NCBI GenBank assembly: GCA_029856105.1
Contig: JAHQWH010000210.1
Location: forward strand, 1-64,000
Length of the DNA: 64,000 bases
Source of the DNA: Promethearchaeia archaeon
GTDB taxonomy: Archaea; Asgardarchaeota; Lokiarchaeia; Sigyniarchaeales; SOKP01
Direction of reading: 5' to 3'
Part shown: positions 40,642 through 50,340 of the stretch, piece after piece
Layout of the letters: every line of letters starts with the position of its first letter
How positions within the stretch are numbered: the first letter of the stretch is position 1
The notes under the pieces: generated by a model
Seen by the model: only the letters and a program-made list of their open reading frames with translations
What the model was told of the DNA's origin: nothing
Databases searched by the model: none
Made by a program: the position numbers and the translations under genes

Positions 40642-40791
40642 TAATTTTTTCTTATTTAAATTAATTAATCATATGAAATTTTTTTAATTATTTTATTTAC
40701 TTTTTTTAACTTAAATAGTAAAATTTATCTTAAATTACATATTTCTACAAGTAATTATACAATATTTACAAAAGTATGAGATATAAGTACT

Positions 40792-41631
40792 ATGAGCCCT
40801 CTAAAACTCGATGTTCTTAAAGAAAGTGAGCATAAAATAGTATTTTTAACAGAAGGTATTTCTATTGAAATGATTAATGCTATAAGGCGAATATTACTAA
40901 CTGAGATTCCTGTTATGGCAATTGATGAAATTATCATCTTAAAAAATGATAGCCCGCTTTACGACGAGATTCTTTCTCATAGGCTGGGTTTAATTCCTCT
41001 GAAAACAGATTTAGAGGCATATAAGCTACCTCACGAGTGCGATTGTTTAGGATATGGATGTCCCTTATGCCAGGTCTCTTTAACGTGCGAAATTACAAAT
41101 ACTACTAATGCGCCATTAGAGATTTACTCGGGTGATTTAAATTCGAACGACCCTAAGATCGTACCAGTTGATCCATACATCCCAATTGTCAATATTGATA
41201 AGAACGGTAAAGTTATTATTGAAGCTTACGCAATCTTAGGTTTCGCTAAAAACCACGCAAAGTGGCAAGCTGTATCAAATGTGGCTTACAGATATTATCC
41301 CATAGTTGAGTTTGATGCAAATGAGCTAAAGGACTCAGAGGAGAAAAAATTAATAGTTAAAATGTGCCCAGAAAAGCTATTTGAATTAAGTAACAATGAT
41401 TCTTTAAAATTAAAAGAGGATTATTGGAAATCTTGCACTTTATGTATGTCTTGTGAGAAAAATAGTAATGGTAAGATTAAAGTAGTTCCAAAGAAAGACA
41501 CTTATATCTTTTCAATAGAGAGCGATGGTGTTTTACCTTTTAATGTATTAATCAGAAAGGTTTTCGAGATTTTTAACGAAAAAACTGATGAATTTGTATT
41601 AAAATTAGAGGAACTTGAGATAGAACCATAG
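40792..41631 (+). CDS. rpoD: DNA-directed RNA polymerase subunit D (Rpo3)
   Basis: NAIRRILL, NDSPLYDEILSHRLGLIP, HAKWQ, Cys clusters CDCLGYGCPLC and CP...CTLCMSC. Confidence 0.96.
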   Translation: MSPLKLDVLKESEHKIVFLTEGISIEMINAIRRILLTEIPVMAIDEIIILKNDSPLYDEILSHRLGLIPLKTDLEAYKLPHECDCLGYGCPLCQVSLTCEITNTTNAPLEIYSGDLNSNDPKIVPVDPYIPIVNIDKNGKVIIEAYAILGFAKNHAKWQAVSNVAYRYYPIVEFDANELKDSEEKKLIVKMCPEKLFELSNNDSLKLKEDYWKSCTLCMSCEKNSNGKIKVVPKKDTYIFSIESDGVLPFNVLIRKVFEIFNEKTDEFVLKLEELEIEP

Positions 41632-42013
41632 TCAATCAAGAAATTATTAAAAAATCATAAACCTTACAGATTATATTTAAATAATTAATGTTTTCGATTC
41701 TTTTTTACTTATTTTGATGTCACATTTGTAATCTATATTTAGTCTTAATTATTCTACTTAAATTATTGTAGATTTGTTTTAGTTAAGATAACCCATACTA
41801 TTTTGAATTAAAAAAATATTTTTTCTATTTGATTTCATAGAATGGACTGAATTTTGCCATCAAATAACCAAACAAATCGAGCTTTTGAAAAATTAGAACT
41901 TTAAATTTTATCTAAGCACTAATGGAAAAGACTTTCAAATTAATCGATAAAATATTTAAGTTTTGAGCAATTTTCAAGATTAATATTCTAAAATTTCAAT
42001 AATTGAGCATAAA

Positions 42014-42370
42014 ATGAGTCATCGTATAAGCGGCCCTTCAAATTATTATAATAGAAGGTTAATTCGTGATTTATGGAAGACAAAAAGGCGAATTTGGAGA
42101 AAGGTCTCAAAAAAGCTGTCAGGACCTAGGAGTAATAGAGTAGAAGCAAATCTCTACCGAATCAATAAGAAAACTAAAGAAAACGATGTTATAGTGATTC
42201 CAGGTAAGGTATTGTCACTTGGTGATTTAGATCATAAATTAACTATTGCGTGTTTAGATTGTTCTAAAACTGCTCGAAAAAAAATTGAAATTTCAGGGAG
42301 CAAACTCTTGTCAATTGAAGAATTGCTTAAACAAAATCCTGAAGGAAAAGAAGTAAAGGTATTTTACTGA
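42014..42370 (+). CDS. rpl18e: 50S ribosomal protein L18e (eL18)
   Basis: VEANLYRIN, VIPGKVL, NPEG; conserved position after rpoD. Confidence 0.93.
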   Translation: MSHRISGPSNYYNRRLIRDLWKTKRRIWRKVSKKLSGPRSNRVEANLYRINKKTKENDVIVIPGKVLSLGDLDHKLTIACLDCSKTARKKIEISGSKLLSIEELLKQNPEGKEVKVFY

Positions 42371-42394
42371 ATATTTAAAACGAGAGAGATTTTA

Positions 42395-42865
42395 ATGCAA
42401 GAATATCTGTTAATAGACGCGAAAAACAAGATTTTGGGAAGATTGTGTAGTCAGGTAGCTAAGAAAGCGCTATTAGGTGAGCAAATTATTATAATTAATG
42501 CTAAAGAAGCAATAATTAGTGGTACTAAACGAAATATTCATGAAAAATATTTATCTAAACTCAATATTAGCACTGCTACAAATCCTAGAAGAGGCCCCTT
42601 CTGGCCAAGGCGACCTGATACTTTCATGAGAAATATAATTAAAAAAATGCTCCCAACAAAGAAAATCCGAGGTAAAGACGCTCTTAAAAGGGTTCATGTA
42701 TATATCGGAGCTATTCCACACCGCTTCCAGAACAGATATCAAAAGTTAATTCCTACAGAGATACCTAATGCAGATAAGCAAAGACTCTCGTACTATAACA
42801 AATTTATAACCTTAGAAAACCTTTGCTCTCGAATTGGATGGAAAAATACACAAATTGAGGCTTAA
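42395..42865 (+). CDS. rpl13: 50S ribosomal protein L13 (uL13)
   Basis: IDA..KILGRL, GPFWPRRPD, MLP. Confidence 0.95.
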   Translation: MQEYLLIDAKNKILGRLCSQVAKKALLGEQIIIINAKEAIISGTKRNIHEKYLSKLNISTATNPRRGPFWPRRPDTFMRNIIKKMLPTKKIRGKDALKRVHVYIGAIPHRFQNRYQKLIPTEIPNADKQRLSYYNKFITLENLCSRIGWKNTQIEA

Positions 42866-42870
42866 ATACT

Positions 42871-43287
42871 ATGTCTGAAAGAACAAAAATAATTCAATCT
42901 TCTGGTAAAAGAAAAACGGCGATTGCTCGAGCCGTATTAAAATATCCTGCGAAAGGACAGATTAAAATTAACAACGTCCCTCTAAAAAATTATGAACCGG
43001 ATATTGCTAGAATGAGAATCCAAGAAGTTTTCGAAGTTATCGATCATCCCAAGTTAGAAAAATGTGATATCACTATACATGTAAAAGGTGGTGGGACAAT
43101 GGGTCAAACAGATGCCGTCCGTATTGCTATTGCTAAATCCATAAATAAATTTATTGGAACAAAAACTATTGAAAAAACCTTTAGAGAATATGACGAATCG
43201 TTGCTTTCGGGGGATTCAAGACGCACGGAGCCCAAACACTTCGGTGGAAAAAAAGCTCGCGCTCGAAGGCAAAAATCATTCAGATAA
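42871..43287 (+). CDS. rps9: 30S ribosomal protein S9 (uS9)
   Basis: GKRKTAIARA, VKGGG, ARARRQKSFR. Confidence 0.96.
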   Translation: MSERTKIIQSSGKRKTAIARAVLKYPAKGQIKINNVPLKNYEPDIARMRIQEVFEVIDHPKLEKCDITIHVKGGGTMGQTDAVRIAIAKSINKFIGTKTIEKTFREYDESLLSGDSRRTEPKHFGGKKARARRQKSFR

Positions 43288-43307
43288 TTTATAATTCGTT
43301 TTACAAT

Positions 43308-44630
43308 TTATTTTAATTCTACTTTTGCTCCTAATTTTACAATATCTTCAATAAAATTTGGATAAGAATCCTTCACAATTTCGATATCCTCTATCTGAGA
43401 ATTACCTTCAGCACATAAACACGCAACGGTAAACGCCATAGCAACTCTGTGATCGTTTTCGTGATTTATGTTAGCACCTTTTAAGTTATCACAATGATAT
43501 ATGGTAAGTTTATCTTCCTTTTCTTCTACTAAAACTCCCATTTTACCTAATTCTCTAGCAATTATTAATATTCTATCGCTTTCTTTATCTCTTAGGCTTG
43601 AAGCATTATATAATTCAGTCTTACCCTTAGCAAATGCGCCAATAATTGATAATATGGGGAATAAGTCGGGATTTTCGCGGATATCAATGTCCAAACCAAT
43701 TAACGGATATTTTTTTAGATTGCCATTAACGGTAATAGAATTTTTATCTCGATTAACTTCGATATCTGCTCCCATCTCTTGTAAAATCTTAATTATTTTT
43801 TGATCCCCTTGAGGTTTGTCAAAATTAAGATTGGTTATAATTATCCTAGAATCTTCGGGAGATAGTATAGCCGCAGCTATAATAAAAGATATTGAAGAAA
43901 AGTCACCAGGTATTTCGTAAGTTTGGGCTCTATATTTCTGTCCACATGTGATTAGGTATTTACCAACTTTCAGTTCGTCTAAACTTTCTTGAACGTTAAT
44001 TCCAAATGAGTTTAAAACATCTAAAGTTATATTTATATATGGATAGGAAATAAGAGGAGTTGTAATTTCAACTGTAATATGATTGGTTTTTTTACAAATT
44101 AACAATGGGCACACCATCAATAGAGCTGAAACAAACTGAGAGCTAACATCTCCCTGAATTTTAACAGTACTACATTTTTTACTTTTCCGCTTGATAGTTA
44201 ATGTTTCTTCAGTTAAGTCATAGCTACCGCCAATATTTTCCAAAGCGTTTAATAATGGAAGAAGTGGTCTCCTTCTTTTAATAAATTCACCCGAAAAAGA
44301 AAGACCCCCTTTAATAATCATAGCTAACGCGCTAAATATTCTAATAGAAGTACCTGAATTTTTACAGTCGAATAATGGATTAATTTGTTTAATTAAACCT
44401 TCATATCTCTTAACTAGATATGTATCATTTGATGCTTTCGTAATTCTATGGCCCAAAGACTTTAAAAAGTCTATAGTAACCTTAACATCACCAGAAGTTA
44501 AAGGGTTTTTAATTATTGATACTCCTTCGGCAAGGCTCGCAGCTATAAAAGCGCGATGAGAATAGCTTTTAGAAGGTGGCGCAATAATCTCACCTTGAAG
44601 TCTCGTTGTAGGGGATATTCGAAGTTTCAT
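43308..44630 (-). CDS. aroA: 3-phosphoshikimate 1-carboxyvinyltransferase (EPSP synthase)
   Basis: PPSKSYSHR, SGTSIR, SSQFVSALL, LRDKESDR, DHRVAM. Confidence 0.95.
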   Translation of the reverse strand: MKLRISPTTRLQGEIIAPPSKSYSHRAFIAASLAEGVSIIKNPLTSGDVKVTIDFLKSLGHRITKASNDTYLVKRYEGLIKQINPLFDCKNSGTSIRIFSALAMIIKGGLSFSGEFIKRRRPLLPLLNALENIGGSYDLTEETLTIKRKSKKCSTVKIQGDVSSQFVSALLMVCPLLICKKTNHITVEITTPLISYPYINITLDVLNSFGINVQESLDELKVGKYLITCGQKYRAQTYEIPGDFSSISFIIAAAILSPEDSRIIITNLNFDKPQGDQKIIKILQEMGADIEVNRDKNSITVNGNLKKYPLIGLDIDIRENPDLFPILSIIGAFAKGKTELYNASSLRDKESDRILIIARELGKMGVLVEEKEDKLTIYHCDNLKGANINHENDHRVAMAFTVACLCAEGNSQIEDIEIVKDSYPNFIEDIVKLGAKVELK

Positions 44631-44822
44631 TTGGGATATTTCAACATTTAAAACTATTAGTTACTAAGTAAAAATAAAAGAAAACCTCGATTATAACTTT
44701 ATTTTTTTATAACTTAAAATTACGATGGAGAAAGCATTCATAAAAAATAATAAGTGAAAACTACTCATAATATATTAATTATATCGTATAATTGATTGTA
44801 TCCTTGAATTTTTTTAGTTGAG

Positions 44823-45941
44823 ATGATAAAATTGGGAGATAACACATTTGGAAAATTTTTTAAAATCACTTCGTTTGGAGAAAGTCATGGTAAGTTAGTA
44901 GGTGTTATTATTGATGGAACGCCTGCTGGGTTAGAATTTGATTTAGATATTATTCAAAGAGAATTAGATAAAAGAAGTCCTGGACAATCTCATTTAACAA
45001 CATCTCGAGCAGAATTAGATAAAGCCGAAGTTTTATCGGGAATTTTTAATAATAAAACGACAGGAGCTCCAATTTGTCTGATAGTCAAAAATGAGGATGT
45101 AGATTCGTCAAAATATGAGAAATTTAAAGAAATGATTAGACCGTCTCAAGTGGATTATGTTCTTTCGCAGAAATTTGGTGGTTTCGCCGATTATCGTGGT
45201 TCTGGCAGATTTTCAGGAAGAATTACAGCAGGATTCGTAATGGCGGGAGCCCTTGCTAAACAAATCTTAAATAAGGTAAATATATCAGTTTTTGCGTATA
45301 CAAAGAGTATTGGGAAAATTGAAGATTCACTAAATTATTATATTAAAGATATCAACACTTTTATCCAGAAAAGAGAAATTTCACCTGTAAGAGCATTAAA
45401 TCCAGATTTATCAAAAAAAATGGAACATGAAATTGAAGTAGTACAAAAAGCTAACGATTCGATTGGAGGAACTATTAGTTGTATAATCAATAACTTTCCC
45501 GTCGGAATTGGAGGACCTATTTTCAATAGTCTCGAATCCAATATTAGCAAGGCAATTTTTTCCATACCTGCAATAAAAGGAATTGAGTTTGGTGCTGGAT
45601 TTAAGGCTGCAAAAATGAAAGGGTCTGAGCATAACGACCCATGGACTATAAAAGAGGGGAAAATTAGAACCGTGAAAAATGATTCTGGTGGAATTATAGG
45701 AGGGATATCTACGGGTATGCCAATTAAATTCACTGTTGCAGTCAAGCCAACGCCTTCTATAGGATTAGCTCAAAAAACAGTTAATGTTAAAACAATGAAA
45801 GAAGAGGAAATTAAAATAGAAGGGCGTCATGACCCGTGTATTGTCCCAAGAGCCGTTGTAGTTGTGGAGTCTATGGCGGCTATAGTTCTATTAGATTATC
45901 TTTTAATAGAAGGAAAAATCCCTTCAGTGTTAAAAACCTAA
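44823..45941 (+). CDS. aroC: Chorismate synthase
   Basis: FGESHG, GRFSGR, GGIIGGISTG, KPTPSI, GRHDPC. Confidence 0.96.
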   Translation: MIKLGDNTFGKFFKITSFGESHGKLVGVIIDGTPAGLEFDLDIIQRELDKRSPGQSHLTTSRAELDKAEVLSGIFNNKTTGAPICLIVKNEDVDSSKYEKFKEMIRPSQVDYVLSQKFGGFADYRGSGRFSGRITAGFVMAGALAKQILNKVNISVFAYTKSIGKIEDSLNYYIKDINTFIQKREISPVRALNPDLSKKMEHEIEVVQKANDSIGGTISCIINNFPVGIGGPIFNSLESNISKAIFSIPAIKGIEFGAGFKAAKMKGSEHNDPWTIKEGKIRTVKNDSGGIIGGISTGMPIKFTVAVKPTPSIGLAQKTVNVKTMKEEEIKIEGRHDPCIVPRAVVVVESMAAIVLLDYLLIEGKIPSVLKT

Positions 45942-46084
45942 ATATTTTTATTTTTTAAAGGAACTTAGATTTCCTTATAGATGTTATAATTATCGCGTAA
46001 TAATTAAAAATGTTCTTAATTTTCTAAAAATATCTTGCTATATTTATTCAAACAATTTATGATAAAAAGGGGAGAGTAAAAATA

Positions 46085-47527
46085 ATGAAGGAAGCAAAAG
46101 AAACTTTAACAGCAATTTTACTTGGTGCCGGTAATAGAGGAATGACTGTTTATGGTGAATATGCGTTAAAATATCCAGAAAAGTTGAAATTTGTAGCCGT
46201 TGCTGAACCTATTAAGATCAGAAGAGAAAAATTTGCTGAACTTCATGAAATTCCCCCTAATAAGTGTTTTATAAGTTGGGAGGATTTATTACAAGAAGAA
46301 AAATTAGCTGAAACTGCTTTTGTTTGCACACAGGATCAAATGCACATTAAACCAACAATCAAGGCGTTAGAGATAGGGTACAACGTTCTATTAGAAAAAC
46401 CTATGGCTCACACTTTAGAAGGTTGTATCGAAATCGTCAAAAAAGTTAAGGAGACTGGTAGAATACTTGGAATTAGCCATGTTTTGAGATATACAAATTT
46501 CTTTTCGACTATTAAGGATACTATCCAAAAAGGGTTATTGGGAAATCTTGTAAATATTTCACATCGAGAAAATGTAAGTTGGTATCATATGGCGCACAGT
46601 TTTGTTAGAGGAAACTGGAGGAATGTAAGATCATCATCCCCTATGATACTGGCAAAATGCTGTCACGATCTCGATTTGTTGTTTTGGATGGTTGGTGCTT
46701 TACCAAAAAAAATAAGTTCGTTTGGAAGTTTATTACATTTTAATTCAGTTAATGCACCAAAAAACGCTCCAGAATTTTGCATAGAGGGTTGTCCTATAGA
46801 GGATACTTGTTTGTATTACGCTCCAAGAATATATATTGATATAATTCCGATTATTCAAATATTAAAAAAAAGCGAGAAAAAAGGATTTAGAATTCTCGCT
46901 AATCTGAGAAAAAATCATATAAAATTTTTAACTGGACTGAGTAAATTAATTAAACTTTTACAACGATTGAGATATTGGAGGGATTGGCCCGTGGAACCTC
47001 TTTATTCCGGTCTTCCTGAAGAAAGTACCGAAGATTACTCTGATGAAACGAAAACGAAAATTCTAAAAACAAGTCCTTACGGTAGGTGCGTCTATAAATG
47101 CGATAACGATGTAGTTGACCATCAAGTCGTTAATATCGAATTTGAAAATAAAGTTACAGTTAATTTAACAATGCATGGATTTAGTGAACGGGAGGGGCGC
47201 ACATTAAGGATTGACGGAACTAAAGCTACGCTAATTGGACAATTCTCCGATGCGGGGCAGAAAATTACCTTATTCGATCATTTTTCAGGTACTGAAAAAG
47301 TAATTTTTTCTCAACAGCTCTCTCTTGATTATTCTGGCCATGGTGGAGGCGATTTCTCATTGATCGATGCGTTTTTAGAAACTTTAGTTGGTAAGAGTAA
47401 AACCCAACCTTTAACAAACGCAAACGAAACTTTAGAAAGCCATCTCATGGCTTTCGCTGCTGACGACTCTCGCTTAAAAGGAAAAGTTATTGATATGGAA
47501 GAGTTCCGGATAAAAGCACAAAAATAG
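46085..47527 (+). CDS. Gfo/Idh/MocA family oxidoreductase
   Basis: GAGNRG, LEKPMA, HSFVRGNW, KCCHDLD, GHGGGD. Confidence 0.9.
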   Translation: MKEAKETLTAILLGAGNRGMTVYGEYALKYPEKLKFVAVAEPIKIRREKFAELHEIPPNKCFISWEDLLQEEKLAETAFVCTQDQMHIKPTIKALEIGYNVLLEKPMAHTLEGCIEIVKKVKETGRILGISHVLRYTNFFSTIKDTIQKGLLGNLVNISHRENVSWYHMAHSFVRGNWRNVRSSSPMILAKCCHDLDLLFWMVGALPKKISSFGSLLHFNSVNAPKNAPEFCIEGCPIEDTCLYYAPRIYIDIIPIIQILKKSEKKGFRILANLRKNHIKFLTGLSKLIKLLQRLRYWRDWPVEPLYSGLPEESTEDYSDETKTKILKTSPYGRCVYKCDNDVVDHQVVNIEFENKVTVNLTMHGFSEREGRTLRIDGTKATLIGQFSDAGQKITLFDHFSGTEKVIFSQQLSLDYSGHGGGDFSLIDAFLETLVGKSKTQPLTNANETLESHLMAFAADDSRLKGKVIDMEEFRIKAQK

Positions 47528-47606
47528 AATATTAAATATTTAGTTAATTTTAATTAATTTAAGTTTATAAGATACATATAGTCCAAAAAAAAAAGAATTG
47601 TTTAGG

Positions 47607-47828
47607 ATGAGTAGAAAAATTGATACTTCTGCGCAATTTATCGAGTTTTTCGTTAAAAAAGGGCACTATCTAGTTGAGCTATCAGAAAATCATTTTAAAA
47701 ATAGAGAATATAAAAAATCCCTTGAATTACTATCTCAAGCGCATACGATGTTTGAAAAGGGAGGCGCAAAAGCAGAAGCAGAAGATGTTAAAGCAAGATT
47801 TAACGATATAAAGAAAAATCACTTTTAA
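47607..47828 (+). CDS. Small helical (TPR-like) hypothetical protein
   Basis: ATG at 47607; helix-pair pattern YKKSLELLSQAHTMFEKGG. Confidence 0.65.
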   Translation: MSRKIDTSAQFIEFFVKKGHYLVELSENHFKNREYKKSLELLSQAHTMFEKGGAKAEAEDVKARFNDIKKNHF

Positions 47829-47837
47829 AAACAGTAA

Positions 47838-48332
47838 TTATTGAATATCAGCTTCATTCTTTATCTTTTTATTGATATCTATTATGTGTGGTCCGTACCA
47901 AAACACTTTATTACAGCTCGGATTATTGCACTGATAAAATTCAGTATAATTTTTGAAAGTTTCAGGTTTAACCAATTTTTTTATCGAATTTTTATTTTCT
48001 ACTTTTTTTAATATTGTATTACAAATAGAGCATCGTGCTTTTTCAATATCGAAGTTATAGTTTAATTTTAGCTTTATCTTAAGTTGGTTTAAATAGTTAT
48101 AGACACCTTTTCCTTCTAGAAATATTGCTTTATCCCTCATTTTTTGATAGAAAGGCAAATCTTTAGTTATAACTATTCTATCATACTTTTCGGCGTATTG
48201 TTTTAATTTTTCGTCCGGAACGGGATCAGCGTGATAATAGTCGATTAAATCGTTGGCATAAATTGCATCGAATCCAAAAATTCTCAAGAACCGAGATAAT
48301 TTGCCAAGCATGGCATCTACAAGAAATTTCAT
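47838..48332 (-). CDS. Mut7-C RNase domain protein (PIN-like plus zinc ribbon)
   Basis: FLVDAMLGKLSRFLR..GFD, ITKD, RCSICN, C..C.KVFWYGPH. Confidence 0.9.
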   Translation of the reverse strand: MKFLVDAMLGKLSRFLRIFGFDAIYANDLIDYYHADPVPDEKLKQYAEKYDRIVITKDLPFYQKMRDKAIFLEGKGVYNYLNQLKIKLKLNYNFDIEKARCSICNTILKKVENKNSIKKLVKPETFKNYTEFYQCNNPSCNKVFWYGPHIIDINKKIKNEADIQ

Positions 48333-48415
48333 TCCTATTATAAATATATTTAAGTCATAAAATAAATTATTTATTTGATATTTTTAATAAATCTAAAATT
48401 ATTAGCTGATTTTGA

Positions 48416-48943
48416 ATGGAAACTAGAGAATTAATGAAAAAAGCTACGATTTTTCACGGTCATTTATGCCCAGGTGTCGCTATAGGCGTATTAGTGGCTA
48501 AATATATTTTAGAACACGATTTTGAGCGTTCTTCTGACGAAGAGCTAGTAGCTGTTGTTGAGACGGATAATTGTAGCGTTGACGCGCTTCAAGCATTATT
48601 AGGTACCACATTTGGTAAAGGCAATTTAATTCATAATGATTATGGTAAGAATAATTATAAGATATACAGTAGAAAGGGCCAAAAAGGGGTTAAATTAACT
48701 TTAAAAGCTTCTGTTTTGGATAAAAAAAAATTATCAAGGGATGAAAAAATTCAAAAGCTTTTAGATCTAGAACCTGGAGATCTCTTTGATATAAAAGAAA
48801 TTGAATTTGATCCTCCAATATTGGCTCAAATAGAAGAATCGGTTCCCTGTGACATATGTGGTGAACTTACAATGGACAGCCGTATCATGAGATATCAAGA
48901 TAGAAATATTTGCATTCCTTGTTATAAAGAAATAAAAAAATGA
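48416..48943 (+). CDS. FmdE/FwdE family protein with C-terminal zinc finger
   Basis: FHGHLCPG, ETDNCSVDALQ, TFGKGNL, CDICGE...CIPC. Confidence 0.9.
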   Translation: METRELMKKATIFHGHLCPGVAIGVLVAKYILEHDFERSSDEELVAVVETDNCSVDALQALLGTTFGKGNLIHNDYGKNNYKIYSRKGQKGVKLTLKASVLDKKKLSRDEKIQKLLDLEPGDLFDIKEIEFDPPILAQIEESVPCDICGELTMDSRIMRYQDRNICIPCYKEIKK

Positions 48944-48997
48944 AGAAATTTATAGCCAATTTTTTTATCAAAAATCCGATTTAATTTGCGATTTAAT

Positions 48998-49762
48998 ATG
49001 AACGAACAATCTAAAGTTACTTTATCTGGTGCTGGACCTTTTTATTTTGATGGAAATGGTATTGGGATTATAATTATTCATGGTGGAGGGGGTGGAACCT
49101 GTGCGGACCTAAAACCATTAGGGGAGGATTTACACAAAAAAAAAGGGTATACGGTTCATATACCATTATTACCCGGATTTGGAACCTCACCCGAAGATTT
49201 ACGAATTACTACTTTAAGTGCGTGGAAAAGAGCTTTAGATAAAGAAATAATAATAGTTAGAGAAAAATGTGAAAAAATTATAGTTGGAGGTCATTCTATG
49301 GGGGGTGTTTTCTCTTTAATATTAGCAAGTAATATTAACATCGATGGTGTCTTTACTATAAGCGCCCCCATTGGAATTCGAGGATTTGCTCCCAAATTAG
49401 TTCCATTGTTAAAATTATTCGTTAAATATTATCCAACTCCGTTAAAAAAGTTTAAACAAGAAACAAATGGAAAATGGGTGGGTTACGATAAAATTCCCCT
49501 TAATATTGTTGGAAAATTTAATAAGCTAATGAAAGAAATGAAAAAAGCATTAGGAGCAATAATTTGTCCTGCTTTATTTTTTCAAGGACGTTTAGACTCA
49601 CAAATTAAAAAAAATAGTATGGATTTTATTTATGAAGTTGTTAATTCTAAAGTCAAGAAAAAAATATGGTTAGACCATAATGACCATCCAATTTTATGTA
49701 GTCCAGATCACGATGAGATTGTTTCCACACTAATAACTTTTATCGATGAGGTTTGCAATTAA
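48998..49762 (+). CDS. Alpha/beta-hydrolase (carboxylesterase / monoacylglycerol lipase-like)
   Basis: GHSMGG nucleophile elbow, QGRLD, DH; ATG at 48998. Confidence 0.88.
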   Translation: MNEQSKVTLSGAGPFYFDGNGIGIIIIHGGGGGTCADLKPLGEDLHKKKGYTVHIPLLPGFGTSPEDLRITTLSAWKRALDKEIIIVREKCEKIIVGGHSMGGVFSLILASNINIDGVFTISAPIGIRGFAPKLVPLLKLFVKYYPTPLKKFKQETNGKWVGYDKIPLNIVGKFNKLMKEMKKALGAIICPALFFQGRLDSQIKKNSMDFIYEVVNSKVKKKIWLDHNDHPILCSPDHDEIVSTLITFIDEVCN

Positions 49763-49839
49763 TTTAGAAAGATCAACAAATAATTTAAAAAAAATTAATT
49801 TATTATAATTAGATGGATGTAATTTAAAAATTTTTAAAA

Positions 49840-50283
49840 ATGCTAATTAGAGAATTTTCAGAAAGGGATACAGAGGAAATTACATTATTAATGAAGAAGA
49901 TTTGCATATTAAAGGGTCAGGAATTTGATGAAGAGAGATGGAGAAATAGTATAATCGAACATATGAAAAAAGATTCAAATTCTGAAGTAATTGTAGCATT
50001 TGATGATGAAAAAAAATCCATTATTGGAATGGCAAATTGTTCAATTAGAACATCAGATAAAGGTTATCGATTTGGTTTCATTTCTAACTTAATTGTAGAG
50101 GAAGAAAAAAGGAGATTAGGAATAGGGGAAGAAATAATGAGATATATTGTTGATTTTTTTAAAAGAAATCATGTTTATTCAATCAGATTAGCTTTAGAGC
50201 AAAACGCAGATAATGCCGCAAAAATTTTGTTTACGAAATTAGGTTTTCAAGAAACATTACGTATTTATGAATTAAAAATTTAA
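49840..50283 (+). CDS. GNAT family N-acetyltransferase
   Basis: LIV...RRLGIG acetyl-CoA motif, N..A..LFTKLGF. Confidence 0.9.
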   Translation: MLIREFSERDTEEITLLMKKICILKGQEFDEERWRNSIIEHMKKDSNSEVIVAFDDEKKSIIGMANCSIRTSDKGYRFGFISNLIVEEEKRRLGIGEEIMRYIVDFFKRNHVYSIRLALEQNADNAAKILFTKLGFQETLRIYELKI

Positions 50284-50340
50284 GATAAATGTAAGAAGAA
50301 AAATAATTATTATTTTATTATATAATGATTTGAGGAATGT

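Noticed and set aside
41632-42013. tRNA between rpoD and rpl18e, as in some archaea
   Set aside because: The region is very AT-rich with no cloverleaf or T-loop motif.
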